Below are positions 44,958-55,394 of a stretch of DNA of 64,000 bases, one piece after another. The notes beneath the pieces are model-generated. The model searched no databases and was not told where the DNA came from. It saw only the letters and a program-made list of their open reading frames with translations. The stretch is taken from assembly GCA_947475165.1 (NCBI GenBank), contig CANJLD010000013.1, positions 13,250-77,249 on the forward strand. Direction: 5' to 3'. Position numbers and translations under genes: made by a program. Every line of letters begins with the position of its first letter. Position 1 is the stretch's first letter. Source of the stretch: Bacteroidota bacterium. Lineage in GTDB: Bacteria; Bacteroidota; Bacteroidia; Chitinophagales; LD1.

Positions 44958-45272
44958 CGGTGGAATCGCGAACCCCATCGGTGGAATCGCGAACGACAGC
45001 GGTGGAATCGCGAATCCCATCGGTGGAAACGAAAATGCGAACGGTGGAATCGCGAACCCCATCGGTGGAAACGAAAACGCGGGCGGTGGAATCGCGAACC
45101 CCACCGGTGGAAACGAAAATGCCAGCGGTGGAATCGCGAACCCCACCGGTGGAAACGAAAATGCCAGCGGTGGAATCGCTAACCCCATCGGTGGAAACGA
45201 AAACGCGGGCGGTGGAATCGCGAACCGCATCGCTGGAAACAAAAACAGCAACGATGGAATCTCCAAATCCCA
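44958..45272. repeat. 15-unit tandem array of 21-bp repeats with alternating A/B unit types (42-bp higher order)
   Basis: A units read cggtggaatcgcgaacccca[t/c] and B units read cggtggaaacgaaaa[t/c]gcnnn. The order is A A A B A B A B A B A B A B A. CGGTGGAA is invariant in 13 of 15 units. Confidence 0.95.
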
Positions 45273-45341
45273 CTTCTATAATCTAAAATCCAAAACATCT
45301 CCCGCGCCTCCGCAAACTCCGCGAGAAACACCATCCCACAG

Positions 45342-45409
45342 TTTAATCACCAATATCTTTCTCTGCTACTATACAACACACCACGCTAAGCACAAAATTG
45401 GTGATTAAA
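45342..45409. repeat. perfect 13-bp inverted repeat TTTAATCACCAAT / ATTGGTGATTAAA with a 42-nt spacer
   Basis: Read directly from the sequence, about 180-250 bp upstream of gyrA. It is followed by TGTGGAAAA (45411-45419), an 8/9 match to the DnaA-box complement. Confidence 0.7.
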
Positions 45410-45492
45410 ATGTGGAAAAATCCCTTCTATATACTTTGTAAAGGGGGTGTCGAAAACCTATATTCGTGCGCTTAAAATTAAGCTAATACGAA

Positions 45493-45588
45493 ATTTAAGA
45501 TTTAAGACTAAAAATTGAAGAATAAACAGCCGCTTAAAAGGCAAGCCTTTTCAATCTAAAATCTAAAATCCAAAATCCAAAATCTACC
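45493..45588 (+). promoter_or_regulatory. gyrA 5' region: heptamer array (ATTTAAG type, 5 units), short GC hairpin, then heptamer array (AATCYAA, about 5 units) ending at the ATG
   Basis: atttaag atttaag actaaaa attgaag aataaac ... aaaaggcaagcctttt ... aatctaa aatctaa aatccaa aatccaa aatcta cc ATG. Confidence 0.55.
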
Positions 45589-48177
45589 ATGGCTGACGAA
45601 CTCAATCCACCAACACCGCCCAACGAAAATACAGGCGGACAAGACCAAAACCTTCGCAATTTGCCCCGCATTATTCCTATTAATATAGAGGAAGAAATGA
45701 AAACCGCTTACATTGATTACTCAATGAGCGTAATCGTTTCGCGCGCTATACCTGATGTGCGCGATGGCTTAAAGCCAGTTCACCGCAGAGTATTGTATGC
45801 CATGAACGAGCTCGGACTCAGCCCTACCAAGCCGCACAAAAAGAGCGCGAGAATAGTGGGAGAGGTGCTCGGTAAATATCACCCGCACGGTGATAGTTCG
45901 GTTTATGATGCTATGGTTCGTATGGCACAAGACTGGAGTTTGCGTTATCCCTTAGTAGATGGACAAGGTAACTTCGGTTCTATAGATGACGATCCACCGG
46001 CAGCAATGCGTTACACCGAAGCCCGTTTTCGCAAAATTGCAGAAGACATGCTTGGCGACATTGAAAAGGAAACCGTAGACATGCGCCTTAACTTTGACGA
46101 CTCGTTAGAGGAGCCAACCGTTCTGCCTTCAAAAATCCCTAACCTTTTGGTAAACGGAGCCAGCGGAATTGCCGTAGGTATGGCAACAAACATGCTTCCC
46201 CATAACCTAACCGAGGTTGTTGATGGAATTATCAAATACATTGATAATAAGGATGTAACGATAGAAGAGTTAATGACAGTCATCAAGGCTCCGGACTTTC
46301 CAACAGGCGGAACAATCTACGGTTACGATGGCGTTCGTCAGGCATTTATGACCGGGCGTGGGAGAGTAGTTCTTCGCGGTAAAGCCGAAATAGAAGTGCA
46401 GGACAATGGTCGCGAATGGATTATCATTTCCGAAGTTCCCTACCAGGTAGTAAAGAGCGATTTGATTAAAAAGATAGCTGAACTTGGCGATGAAAAGAAG
46501 ATAGAAGGAATAAGCGAAGTTCGCGATGAGTCCGACCGTAACGGTATCCGTATGGTTATCGAGTTGAAGAAAGAAGCCATCAGCAATGTAGTCTTAAATC
46601 AGCTTTTTGCTTTAACATCCCTACAAACTTCTTTCGGGGTAAACAATGTAGCCATCGTTAACGGCATTCCTAAGATTCTAAACCTTAAGGATTTCATCCG
46701 TTACTTTGTAGAATTCCGTCAGGAAGTAGTAATAAGAAGAAGCCAATGGGAATTGCGCAAAGCACAAGAACGCGCACACATATTAGAAGGCTTACTAATC
46801 GCCCTCGACCACTTAGACGAAGTTATTAAACTCATCCGCGCTTCTGCCGATAGCGATATTGCCAAAGCAGGCTTAATTGCCAACTTCGGCTTATCCGAAA
46901 TTCAGGCAAAAGCGATCCTCGAAATGCGTTTATCGCGTTTAACAGGTCTCGAAAGAGATAAGATTCGCGAAGAATACAACGAGTTGCAAAAAACAATCGA
47001 ATGGTTAACCAGAGTATTGGCCGAAGAGCCTTTGCGCATGGAGATTATTAAAAACGAAACACTCGAAGTTCGCGAAAAATATGGCGATGAGCGCAGAACC
47101 AACATCGAATATGCGGCAGGCGACTTCAATATGGAAGACCTCATTGCCAACGATGAGGTAGTAGTAACCATTTCGCACATGGGCTATATTAAAAGAACCC
47201 CATCTGCCGATTACAAAACCCAAAACCGTGGCGGACGCGGCAGCAAGGGCAGCAACACGCGCGATGAGGACTTTATCGAACACATGTTCCTCGCCACTAA
47301 CCACAACTACATTCTCTTCTTTACTCAATTAGGAAGATGTTTCTGGCTCAAGGTTTACGAAATTCCGGAAGGAGAGAAGACCGGCAAAGGCCGCGCTATT
47401 CAAAACATGATTAGCATTCCTAAAGAAGACAAGATTATGGCTTACATCCCAGTTCAGAACCTGAATGTAGATGAATACCTCGATACCAACAACATTATCT
47501 TCTGCACCAAACAGGGAACTATCAAGAAAACAACCCTTCGTGCTTACAGCAATGTTCGCCAAGGCGGTGTAAACGCCATCGAAATCCGCGAAGGAGATGA
47601 GCTGGTTCAGGTAAGTTTAACCAACGGCAACAGCGAAATAGTAATTGCTACCAAAGCCGGCAAAGCTATCCGCTTTAACGAACAAAAAGTTCGTGCGGTG
47701 GGAAGAAATTCAGTAGGTGTAAGAGGCGTAACCCTCGATGCCGATACAGACGAGATTATTGGAATGATTACCGTAAACACCGAAAACAAGAACGAAACCA
47801 TCATGGTTCTTTCGCAAAAAGGCTACGGCAAACGCTCTTATTTAAACGACCCTGAAACAGGCGAGGAAATTTATCGCATCACCAACCGGGGCGGAAAGGG
47901 CGTTAAAACTCTGAACATTACCGATAAAACCGGTTACCTGATAGCCATACTTAACGTTACTGATAACGACCATGTTATGATTATCAATAAAAGCGGTATT
48001 GCAATACGTATGGCAGTTGAGCAATTGCGCGTAATGGGTCGTGCAGCACAAGGCGTTCGCTTAATTCGCCTCGATGCAAAAGACCAGATTGCCGCAGTAG
48101 CTAAAATCGAAAACGGCAAACTAAACTACAATGCCGAAGAAGATGGAGAGTTAGGCAAAGCAGAAGAAACAGAATAG
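45589..48177 (+). CDS. gyrA: DNA gyrase subunit A
   Basis: Conserved ...[14 protein letters not shown]... and the QRDR context [17 protein letters not shown]. 862 aa. Confidence 0.97.
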   Translation: MADELNPPTPPNENTGGQDQNLRNLPRIIPINIEEEMKTAYIDYSMSVIVSRAIPDVRDGLKPVHRRVLYAMNELGLSPTKPHKKSARIVGEVLGKYHPHGDSSVYDAMVRMAQDWSLRYPLVDGQGNFGSIDDDPPAAMRYTEARFRKIAEDMLGDIEKETVDMRLNFDDSLEEPTVLPSKIPNLLVNGASGIAVGMATNMLPHNLTEVVDGIIKYIDNKDVTIEELMTVIKAPDFPTGGTIYGYDGVRQAFMTGRGRVVLRGKAEIEVQDNGREWIIISEVPYQVVKSDLIKKIAELGDEKKIEGISEVRDESDRNGIRMVIELKKEAISNVVLNQLFALTSLQTSFGVNNVAIVNGIPKILNLKDFIRYFVEFRQEVVIRRSQWELRKAQERAHILEGLLIALDHLDEVIKLIRASADSDIAKAGLIANFGLSEIQAKAILEMRLSRLTGLERDKIREEYNELQKTIEWLTRVLAEEPLRMEIIKNETLEVREKYGDERRTNIEYAAGDFNMEDLIANDEVVVTISHMGYIKRTPSADYKTQNRGGRGSKGSNTRDEDFIEHMFLATNHNYILFFTQLGRCFWLKVYEIPEGEKTGKGRAIQNMISIPKEDKIMAYIPVQNLNVDEYLDTNNIIFCTKQGTIKKTTLRAYSNVRQGGVNAIEIREGDELVQVSLTNGNSEIVIATKAGKAIRFNEQKVRAVGRNSVGVRGVTLDADTDEIIGMITVNTENKNETIMVLSQKGYGKRSYLNDPETGEEIYRITNRGGKGVKTLNITDKTGYLIAILNVTDNDHVMIINKSGIAIRMAVEQLRVMGRAAQGVRLIRLDAKDQIAAVAKIENGKLNYNAEEDGELGKAEETE

Positions 48178-48193
48178 TAAATGTGATAATTTG

Positions 48194-48272
48194 CTAATTC
48201 GGAAATTAGGGAATGAAGAAACTTAAATCAGGCATGATTTTACATTTCATTATCTAATTTCCGAATTTTCAT
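48194..48272 (+). terminator. inverted repeat (14-bp arms, 44-nt loop) plus T-run downstream of gyrA
   Basis: aattcggaaattag (48196-48209) pairs with ctaatttccgaatt (48254-48267), followed by tttc. The large loop makes the terminator assignment tentative. Confidence 0.45.
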
Positions 48273-48306
48273 ATTTTCAAATCATAAAAATCAAACCAAC
48301 AACGAA

Positions 48307-49449
48307 ATGAAAAGACTTACCCTAATCACTTTTTTAGTTGCAACAGCAGGTTTCACCTTTGCACAAGACGGCAACAACATCTGCACCTGGAACGCCATGA
48401 ACACCTACAACAGCGGTGGAGGACCCGAAGACCTTGAGCGAGGAATCAAATGCACCGATGAAGCAGCTGTAAACGATGCTACCGTAGTAAAATCTAAAAC
48501 CTGGTTCTATCGTGGCCAACTTTACACATTGATAGCACAGGATAAAACTCTAAGCCCAAAATACGGAACTGCCGTTTTCGAAGCCATCAAAGCATTCAAA
48601 AAATTATATGAGTTAAACGACCCTAAGTTTAAAGACTGGGAAGAAGTATTCAAATACCTAATGCCACTGGCAACCAACACCTTTAATACTGCAGTAGACA
48701 ACTATCAAACTAAAAACTACGCACAGGCATTCCAGTATTTCTACGCCATCAAAGATATAAATGCCATCATTGAAGGAAAAGGACAGAAGGCAAACATAGA
48801 ACTGGCAGTAGCCTTAAAAAATGCAGCCATCTGTGCCGAAAACGCCAACGATTTACCCGGAGCAATAAACGTATACAAAGACTGGTTAGCAGTTGCACCT
48901 GATGCAATTGCCTACCGCAGTTATGCAGTAGCCCTAAAAAAATCTGGCAAAGCAGAAGAATCAAAAGCAATTGTAACCGAAGGCTTAGCTAAATACCCTA
49001 AAGACGCAAACCTGTTAGTAGAAAAGATAAACGTTTACTTAGAAGGAGCACAATACCCCGAAGCTTTAGCTTACGTAAACAATCTGTTAGATGTAGAACC
49101 AAACAATGATGGAGCCTTATTTATTAAAGGATTAGCCTACGAAAAAATCGGCAACGAGGACAGCGTGGTGTATTACTATACCAAAGCAGCAGAAATAAAT
49201 CCAAAGAACATTAAGCCATGGAACAACCTCGGAGCCTTGTATGTAAACAAAGCCAACCTAATGGTTGAGGAAATGAACAAGTTAGGCAACACATCAGCCG
49301 ACATTAAGAAGTATGACGAATTAAAAAAACAACGAAGAGAACTTTATTTAAAAGCAAAGCCATATTTAGAAAAGGCAAAAGAAATAGACCCGAACGATGC
49401 TCAAATTACCAGAACATTGAAACAGGTAGAGTTGTATACAGCAGATTAG
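48307..49449 (+). CDS. secreted TPR-repeat protein
   Basis: Signal peptide MKRLTLITFLVATAGFTFAQ and multiple TPR-like helices (…GALFIKGLAYEKIGNEDSVVYYYTKAAEINPKN…). Confidence 0.8.
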   Translation: MKRLTLITFLVATAGFTFAQDGNNICTWNAMNTYNSGGGPEDLERGIKCTDEAAVNDATVVKSKTWFYRGQLYTLIAQDKTLSPKYGTAVFEAIKAFKKLYELNDPKFKDWEEVFKYLMPLATNTFNTAVDNYQTKNYAQAFQYFYAIKDINAIIEGKGQKANIELAVALKNAAICAENANDLPGAINVYKDWLAVAPDAIAYRSYAVALKKSGKAEESKAIVTEGLAKYPKDANLLVEKINVYLEGAQYPEALAYVNNLLDVEPNNDGALFIKGLAYEKIGNEDSVVYYYTKAAEINPKNIKPWNNLGALYVNKANLMVEEMNKLGNTSADIKKYDELKKQRRELYLKAKPYLEKAKEIDPNDAQITRTLKQVELYTAD

Positions 49450-49603
49450 CAATATAATAAAGGGGAGTTGATGCTCCCTTTTATTGCAATACATTACTAT
49501 ACATAACATTAATTATAATATAAATGAATACTACAGAAAGCCTTAATTTAATAAAGTTGACAACTACCAACTTCTCCTATATTCGCGCCTAAATAACAAG
49601 GAA

Positions 49604-50693
49604 ATGACTACCGAAAATATTAATGAAACCAGGAACCGTCTCGATGCTCTGAGGCGGTATCTTTGACTACGATAACCGCAAATTAAAAATCGGGCAGGAC
49701 GAGAACAACACCACCCACCCCGATTTCTGGAACAATCCAAAGAAGGCCGAGGAAATTCTGAAAGAGATTAAGCTCAACAAGTTTTGGGTGAATAGTTTCG
49801 ACAATGCCTGGAAAGCCGTTGAGGACGTAACCGTTATCCGCGAGTTTTACGAAGCCGGTGAAGCCACTGATGCTGAATTGAAAGAAGCCTATAACCAGGC
49901 TCTTGCTGCCGCTGATGATTTGGAGTTTCGCACCACGCTGAACCAACCCGAAGACCAATTGTGCGCTGTGCTCGAAATAAATGCCGGTGCCGGTGGAACC
50001 GAAAGTTGCGACTGGGCGAGTATGCTCATGCGTATGTATGTAATGTGGGCAGAAAACCACGGGTTTAAAATCAAAGAAGTAGACAGAACCGATGGCGAAG
50101 TAGCGGGAATAAAATCGGTGTCACTTGAAATTGACGGTGAATTTGTTTACGGTCACTTAAAAGGCGAAAACGGTGTGCACCGCTTAGTGCGCATCTCTCC
50201 TTTCGACAGCAACGGCAAGCGGCATACTTCGTTTGCATCGGTGTTTGTTTATCCCATGGCAGATGATACCATTGAAATAAATATTCCTGCCAGCGAAATG
50301 GAGTGGGCAACCTTCCGCGCCAGCGGTGCAGGCGGGCAGAATGTAAACAAAGTAGAAACTGCCGTGCGGGTAAAACACTTGCCAACCGGTTTAGTAGTAA
50401 GCTGTCAGATTACACGTTCGCAGCACGAAAACCGGGACCTTGCTTTAAAAATGCTGAAATCGAAACTTTACGAAATAGAAGTGCAAAAGCGTAACGAAGC
50501 CCGCGATAAGATTGAAGGAACCAAGATGAAAAATGAATGGGGCTCGCAGATTCGCAATTATGTACTGCATCCTTACAAACTAATTAAAGACAACCGCTCG
50601 GGTTACGAAACCGGAAATATTCAACCGGTGCTGGATGGAGAGTTAGATGAGTTTATTAAGGCGTATTTATTGCACGCTACTAAAAAAGTTTAA
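49604..50693 (+). CDS. prfB: peptide chain release factor 2, expressed through a programmed +1 frameshift
   Basis: Frame 0 (ATG 49604) ends at an in-frame TGA at 49664-49666. The +1 frame continues to 50693 and contains the SPF (RISPFDS) and GGQ ([10 protein letters not shown]) motifs. Confidence 0.93.
49661..49667 (+). promoter_or_regulatory. prfB +1 frameshift site CTT TGA C
   Basis: Canonical slippery context tat-CTT-TGA-C, with an upstream purine-rich gaggcgg. Confidence 0.9.
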
Positions 50694-51546
50694 GTAGATA
50701 ACTCAATTCATCTACTCGCTCTTTTTCTTTTTTCTCTTCGGCAATATCAATCAGGTAACGGAGTTGTTCTTTGAGGATGCTCAGGTTATCAGAAGGAATA
50801 AAGAATTCATCCAACTGCTCGGCATCTAATTTGTTGATGTAATCCTTTATCTCGTTGCGCGAGAAGATAGAGCCTTTGTTGATGGGGTTGATGTAGAACA
50901 TTACTTCGCGCTCTAAGTATAGCTCGGTGTTGAAATCGAAAATGGTTTTCTTACAGAAGGCTAGAATGTAATGACGCATCAGCGTAACACCATACACCGG
51001 CAGGTTCAAATCGTTGGCAAGAATTTGATAGATAATACCTACACTCATCGAGCAGCCCTTCCGGTTCTCTAACACATGGTTAATGCAGTAATCGAAATAA
51101 TCAGACGAAACCTGCTGCCCTTTAAAATTGTGATAGTTGTAAAAAACCTGATTGAATATCTGCACCTGCTCCAGCGGAGTCTGATTGTAGTTTAACTCCA
51201 GCCAGATGCTTTGGCGTATCTTCTGCAACCGAATGCGCACATCATCCATATTGGCATCGGGATAAAAGTATTTGCTGATTAAAAATGAACCGGTGAGCAA
51301 ATCGGGAGATTCTTTGCTCAACCACAACTTGAATTCCTTTACTAAAGAATCGAACTGAATGCCGTGAATAATTTCTTCGAGGCGTTCGTGTGTAGTAGGA
51401 GTTAAATCTGCTGTCCATGCTTCTTCCAAAGTTGGAACCACCTCAATACCGAAACTCATTAACTTATCGTGAACGTGGCGGAAGACTTCCTGGTCGTTAT
51501 CATCCAGCAGTTTAATCAGCGCATTTATTTCACGTTCGTTTGTCAT
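50680..51546 (-). CDS. hypothetical protein (possibly SirB1/transglutaminase-like N-terminal family)
   Basis: The probable start at 51546 forms an ATGA overlap with the topA stop (51543-51545). The functional call is weak. Confidence 0.6.
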   Translation of the reverse strand: MTNEREINALIKLLDDNDQEVFRHVHDKLMSFGIEVVPTLEEAWTADLTPTTHERLEEIIHGIQFDSLVKEFKLWLSKESPDLLTGSFLISKYFYPDANMDDVRIRLQKIRQSIWLELNYNQTPLEQVQIFNQVFYNYHNFKGQQVSSDYFDYCINHVLENRKGCSMSVGIIYQILANDLNLPVYGVTLMRHYILAFCKKTIFDFNTELYLEREVMFYINPINKGSIFSRNEIKDYINKLDAEQLDEFFIPSDNLSILKEQLRYLIDIAEEKKEKERVDELSYLLKLF

Positions 51547-53891
51547 TCTTTCTTTTTCCGTCCGCCCCACTTCTTCTTGCCTTTGTTGGTGGGACCCTGC
51601 TCTGCTATTATCGTTTGTATTTCTTCAATAGTAAGCAGTTCGGCAGTTTTATCTTTCGGTATTTTATAATTGTCTTTTTCCCTCTTTATATAAGGGCCGT
51701 ATCTTCCGTTCAAAACCTGAATACCTTCTGCTTCGAAATTAAGAATCAGTTTCGCAGCATCCTTCTCGGCTTTCTCACGAATGAGTGTGAGCGCGTCCTC
51801 TAAATTAATCGTATAAGGGTCTTTGTCTTTAGGAATAGAAACAAACAACTTGTCGTTTTGAATGTAAGGACCAAAGCGACCAATGCTTGCCTTTACATCT
51901 TTATCGTTCAATTGTCCGAGAGTGCGGGGAAGTTTGAAAAGCTCAATGGCTTCTTCAAACGTGATAGTCTCCAGCGATTGCGTAGCACGCATTTTTGCAA
52001 AGCGTGCTTTCTTACCGGTTTCCTCATCAGCCTTTCCAATCTGCGCCATCGGACCAAACTTACCCATTCGAACAATCAATGGTTCACCCGAAGCAGGGTC
52101 AGTTCCCAATAACCGCTCACCGGATACGCGCTCCGCATCCTTCGTTGTTGTTTCAACTGTCTTATGGAATGGCTTGTAGAAATCGCCAATCATTTTGTTC
52201 CAAACCTTTTTGCCTTCGGCTACTTTATCAAACTGAAGTTCAACATCAGCCGTAAAGTTATAGTCGAGAATGTTCGGGAAGTTTGCCACGAGAAAGTCTG
52301 TCACAAGCAAACCGATATCGGTAGGAAATAATTTATTTTTCTCTGCCCCGGTGATTTCTGTTTTAGTTTCTCCTTCAATCTTGCCGCCTTTCAAAACGAT
52401 TACTTTGTATTTGCGCTCTACACCATCGCGAGCTTCTTTAACTACATAACCTCTTTTTTGCACGGTAGAAATGGTTGGCGCATAAGTAGACGGTCGGCCA
52501 ATACCCAACTCCTCTAACTTCTTCACCAAACTTGCTTCGGTATATCTTGCAGAAGCTTTTGTGAATTTTTCGGTAGCAATCAATTCCTTTAACTCCAGCA
52601 CCTGTCCTTCTTTCACCGGTGGAATCAATGCTTCTGCTTCTTCATCTAAATCAGCATCTTCATCTACTCCTTCATTATATACCTTCAGGAAACCTTCAAA
52701 CAAAATAACTTCTGCTTTTGCCTGTAATGTTTCTTTGTTATTGTTGTTTACAATATCAATAACCGTCTTTTCAATCTGTGCATCTGCCATTTGCGAAGCA
52801 ATAGTGCGCTTCCAAATCAAATCGTATAGTCTTTGCTCATCCGGTTCAGCTTCAACGGTTGCGTTTTCCATATGCGAAGGACGGATAGCTTCGTGGGCTT
52901 CTTGTGCACCGGCAGTCTTGGTTGCATAAGTGCGCTGTTCATAAAACTCTTTCCCATATCTGCTCTTAATCTCTTTCGATAAGGCTTTGTGTGCAGTTTC
53001 CGAAAGGTTGGTAGAGTCCGTTCTCATATAAGTAATGTGCCCGTTCTCATACAAGCGCTGCGCAACACGCATAGTGTTTGAAACCGACATACCTATTTTG
53101 CGTGAAGCTTCTTGTTGCAATGTAGAAGTAGTAAAGGGAGCAGCTGGTGAACGCTTGCCCGGTTTCTTTTCAATAGCACTTACTTTAAATTCTGCATTCG
53201 AAACTTCTTTCAGAAATTTCTCTGCATCCTTTTCTGTTTTGAAGTTACTTGAGCGCTCTGCTTTGAATACCGACTTCTTTCCGCTTGCATCTGTAACAAA
53301 AAAGAAAGCAACAACTTTAAACGAAGCCACAGGAGTAAACCCGCGAATCTCTCTTTCCCTTTCAACTATCAAACGAACAGCAACCGATTGAACTCTTCCC
53401 GCAGAAAGAGACGGCTTTACTTTCTTCCACAACACCGGAGAGATTTCATAACCCACTAACCGGTCAAGCACTCTGCGCGCCTGTTGTGCGTTTACCAAAT
53501 CCATATTAATAGTGCGCGGATTGGCAACTGCTTCAAGTATCGCTTCTTTAGTTACCTCTGTATATGTAATGCGTTTTGCCTTCTTCGGGTTCAGTTTCAA
53601 CACATCACACAAGTGCCACGAAATGGCTTCTCCCTCGCGGTCCTCATCCGTTGCCAAGAAAATCTCTGTCGCGCCTTTCGCCAGTTTCTTTAACTCCTTA
53701 ATTACTTTCTCTTTGTCTTCACTTACTACATAGTTCGGCTCAAATCCATTCTCTATATCTATATTCAAACCGCTATCCGGTAAGTCGCGGATGTGACCGT
53801 AACATGAAGTAACCACATAATCACTACCAAGAAATTTATTGATGGTCTTTGCCTTTGCAGGGGACTCAACGATGATGAGGTTTTTGCTCAT
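51543..53891 (-). CDS. topA: DNA topoisomerase I
   Basis: TOPRIM N-terminus MSKNLIIVESPAKAKTINKFLG, active-site context YITYMRTDS, and a basic C-terminal tail. Confidence 0.96.
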   Translation of the reverse strand: MSKNLIIVESPAKAKTINKFLGSDYVVTSCYGHIRDLPDSGLNIDIENGFEPNYVVSEDKEKVIKELKKLAKGATEIFLATDEDREGEAISWHLCDVLKLNPKKAKRITYTEVTKEAILEAVANPRTINMDLVNAQQARRVLDRLVGYEISPVLWKKVKPSLSAGRVQSVAVRLIVEREREIRGFTPVASFKVVAFFFVTDASGKKSVFKAERSSNFKTEKDAEKFLKEVSNAEFKVSAIEKKPGKRSPAAPFTTSTLQQEASRKIGMSVSNTMRVAQRLYENGHITYMRTDSTNLSETAHKALSKEIKSRYGKEFYEQRTYATKTAGAQEAHEAIRPSHMENATVEAEPDEQRLYDLIWKRTIASQMADAQIEKTVIDIVNNNNKETLQAKAEVILFEGFLKVYNEGVDEDADLDEEAEALIPPVKEGQVLELKELIATEKFTKASARYTEASLVKKLEELGIGRPSTYAPTISTVQKRGYVVKEARDGVERKYKVIVLKGGKIEGETKTEITGAEKNKLFPTDIGLLVTDFLVANFPNILDYNFTADVELQFDKVAEGKKVWNKMIGDFYKPFHKTVETTTKDAERVSGERLLGTDPASGEPLIVRMGKFGPMAQIGKADEETGKKARFAKMRATQSLETITFEEAIELFKLPRTLGQLNDKDVKASIGRFGPYIQNDKLFVSIPKDKDPYTINLEDALTLIREKAEKDAAKLILNFEAEGIQVLNGRYGPYIKREKDNYKIPKDKTAELLTIEEIQTIIAEQGPTNKGKKKWGGRKKKE

Positions 53892-54035
53892 GCTTATTTT
53901 TTAATGAGGCGCAAATAAATGTTTTTGGAATCAAACCAACAAACACCCCTTTATTACGTTACCAACTTCATTTTGTTTTTTGAATCAGACAGAGATACGA
54001 CAGAAGAATTATCTTAGCGCAAAAATTCACCGTTG

Positions 54036-55391
54036 ATGAAATTGAATTCACTCACTGCCATCTCTCCTATTGACGGACGCTACCGGAACAAAACAGAACA
54101 ACTTGCCGACTATTTTTCAGAATATGCTTTGATAAAATACCGCGTGCATGTAGAGGTTGAATACTTCATTTCACTCTGCGAAATTCCTCTGCCGCAGTTG
54201 GCTGACTTTCCGGTAAAGCATTTTCCATCGCTCAGAGATTTACTGAAAAATTTTTCAGAAGCCGATGCAAAGACTATTAAAGAAACGGAGAAAGTAACTA
54301 ACCATGATGTGAAAGCTGTTGAATATTTTCTGAAGGAAAAGTTTGATGCACTCGGTCTAGATAAATGGATAGAGTTCATCCACTTTGGGTTAACATCGCA
54401 AGACATTAACAACACTTCCATTCCTCTTTCCTTTAAAGATGCAAACGAACAGGTTTATCTCCCTGCTATTAAAAGATTAATTGCACAGCTTGAAAAACTT
54501 GCTAAAGACTGGAAAGACATTCCAATGCTGGCTCATACACACGGTCAACCTGCATCGCCAACTCTTTTAGGAAAAGAGATTTTTGTTTTTGTTGAGCGAC
54601 TGAAAGAACAACTGCATCTGTTCGACCAAGTACATTACAGTGCAAAGTTTGGCGGAGCTACCGGTAACTTAAATGCTCACCAGGTTGCCTACCCTAATAT
54701 CGGGTGGACTGAATTTGCCAATGACTTTACAGAAAGAAAATTGCGTTTGAAGAGAAGCAAACACACTACGCAAATAGAACACTACGATAATCTTGCCGCA
54801 CACTTTGATGCGATGAAGCGCATCAACACAATCTTAATTGATTTATGCCGCGATGTGTGGACTTACATTTCGATGGAATATTTTAAGCAGAAGGTAAATA
54901 AGAATGAAGTAGGTTCATCTGCCATGCCGCATAAAGTAAACCCGATTGATTTTGAAAATGCAGAAGGAAACCTCGGTATTGCTAACGCACTATTTGAACA
55001 TCTTTCTGCCAAACTTCCCATCTCCCGTTTGCAAAGAGATTTAACTGACTCAACCGTTCTCAGAAATGTAGGAGTTCCGGTAGCACATACAATGATTTCT
55101 TTTTCTTCTATTGAAAAGGGTTTTTCAAAGTTATTACTGAACGAAGATGCACTCAACAACGATTTAGAAAAGAACTGGGCGGTTGTGGCAGAAGCTATTC
55201 AAACAGTTTTAAGAAGAGAAGGTTATTCTAAACCTTACGAGAAGCTAAAAGAACTCACGCGTGGTACCGGTGGCATTACCAAACAATCAATTCACGAGTT
55301 CATTTCCAATCTTGATGTTAGTAAAGAAATAAAAACCGAATTGCGCAAGATAAGTCCAAAGAATTACACCGGGGTAAAGTTCACTATCTAA
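54036..55391 (+). CDS. purB: adenylosuccinate lyase
   Basis: ISPIDGRY N-terminus and fumarate-lyase signature SSAMPHKVNP. I prefer the ATG at 54036 over the TTG at 54033. Confidence 0.95.
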   Translation: MKLNSLTAISPIDGRYRNKTEQLADYFSEYALIKYRVHVEVEYFISLCEIPLPQLADFPVKHFPSLRDLLKNFSEADAKTIKETEKVTNHDVKAVEYFLKEKFDALGLDKWIEFIHFGLTSQDINNTSIPLSFKDANEQVYLPAIKRLIAQLEKLAKDWKDIPMLAHTHGQPASPTLLGKEIFVFVERLKEQLHLFDQVHYSAKFGGATGNLNAHQVAYPNIGWTEFANDFTERKLRLKRSKHTTQIEHYDNLAAHFDAMKRINTILIDLCRDVWTYISMEYFKQKVNKNEVGSSAMPHKVNPIDFENAEGNLGIANALFEHLSAKLPISRLQRDLTDSTVLRNVGVPVAHTMISFSSIEKGFSKLLLNEDALNNDLEKNWAVVAEAIQTVLRREGYSKPYEKLKELTRGTGGITKQSIHEFISNLDVSKEIKTELRKISPKNYTGVKFTI

Positions 55392-55394
55392 GTT

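Noticed and set aside
44958-45272. Possible CRISPR array (21-nt repeat with 21-nt spacers)
   Set aside because: The would-be spacers are themselves a repeated unit (type B, three sequence variants recurring). Repeats and spacers share the first 8 nt, the units are shorter than typical CRISPR repeats, and there are no cas genes or leader in the window.
44837-45588. Chromosomal replication origin next to gyrA
   Set aside because: There is only one DnaA-box-like 9-mer (8/9 match). There is no cluster of boxes, no dnaA or dnaN nearby, and the 21-bp units match the DnaA box poorly.
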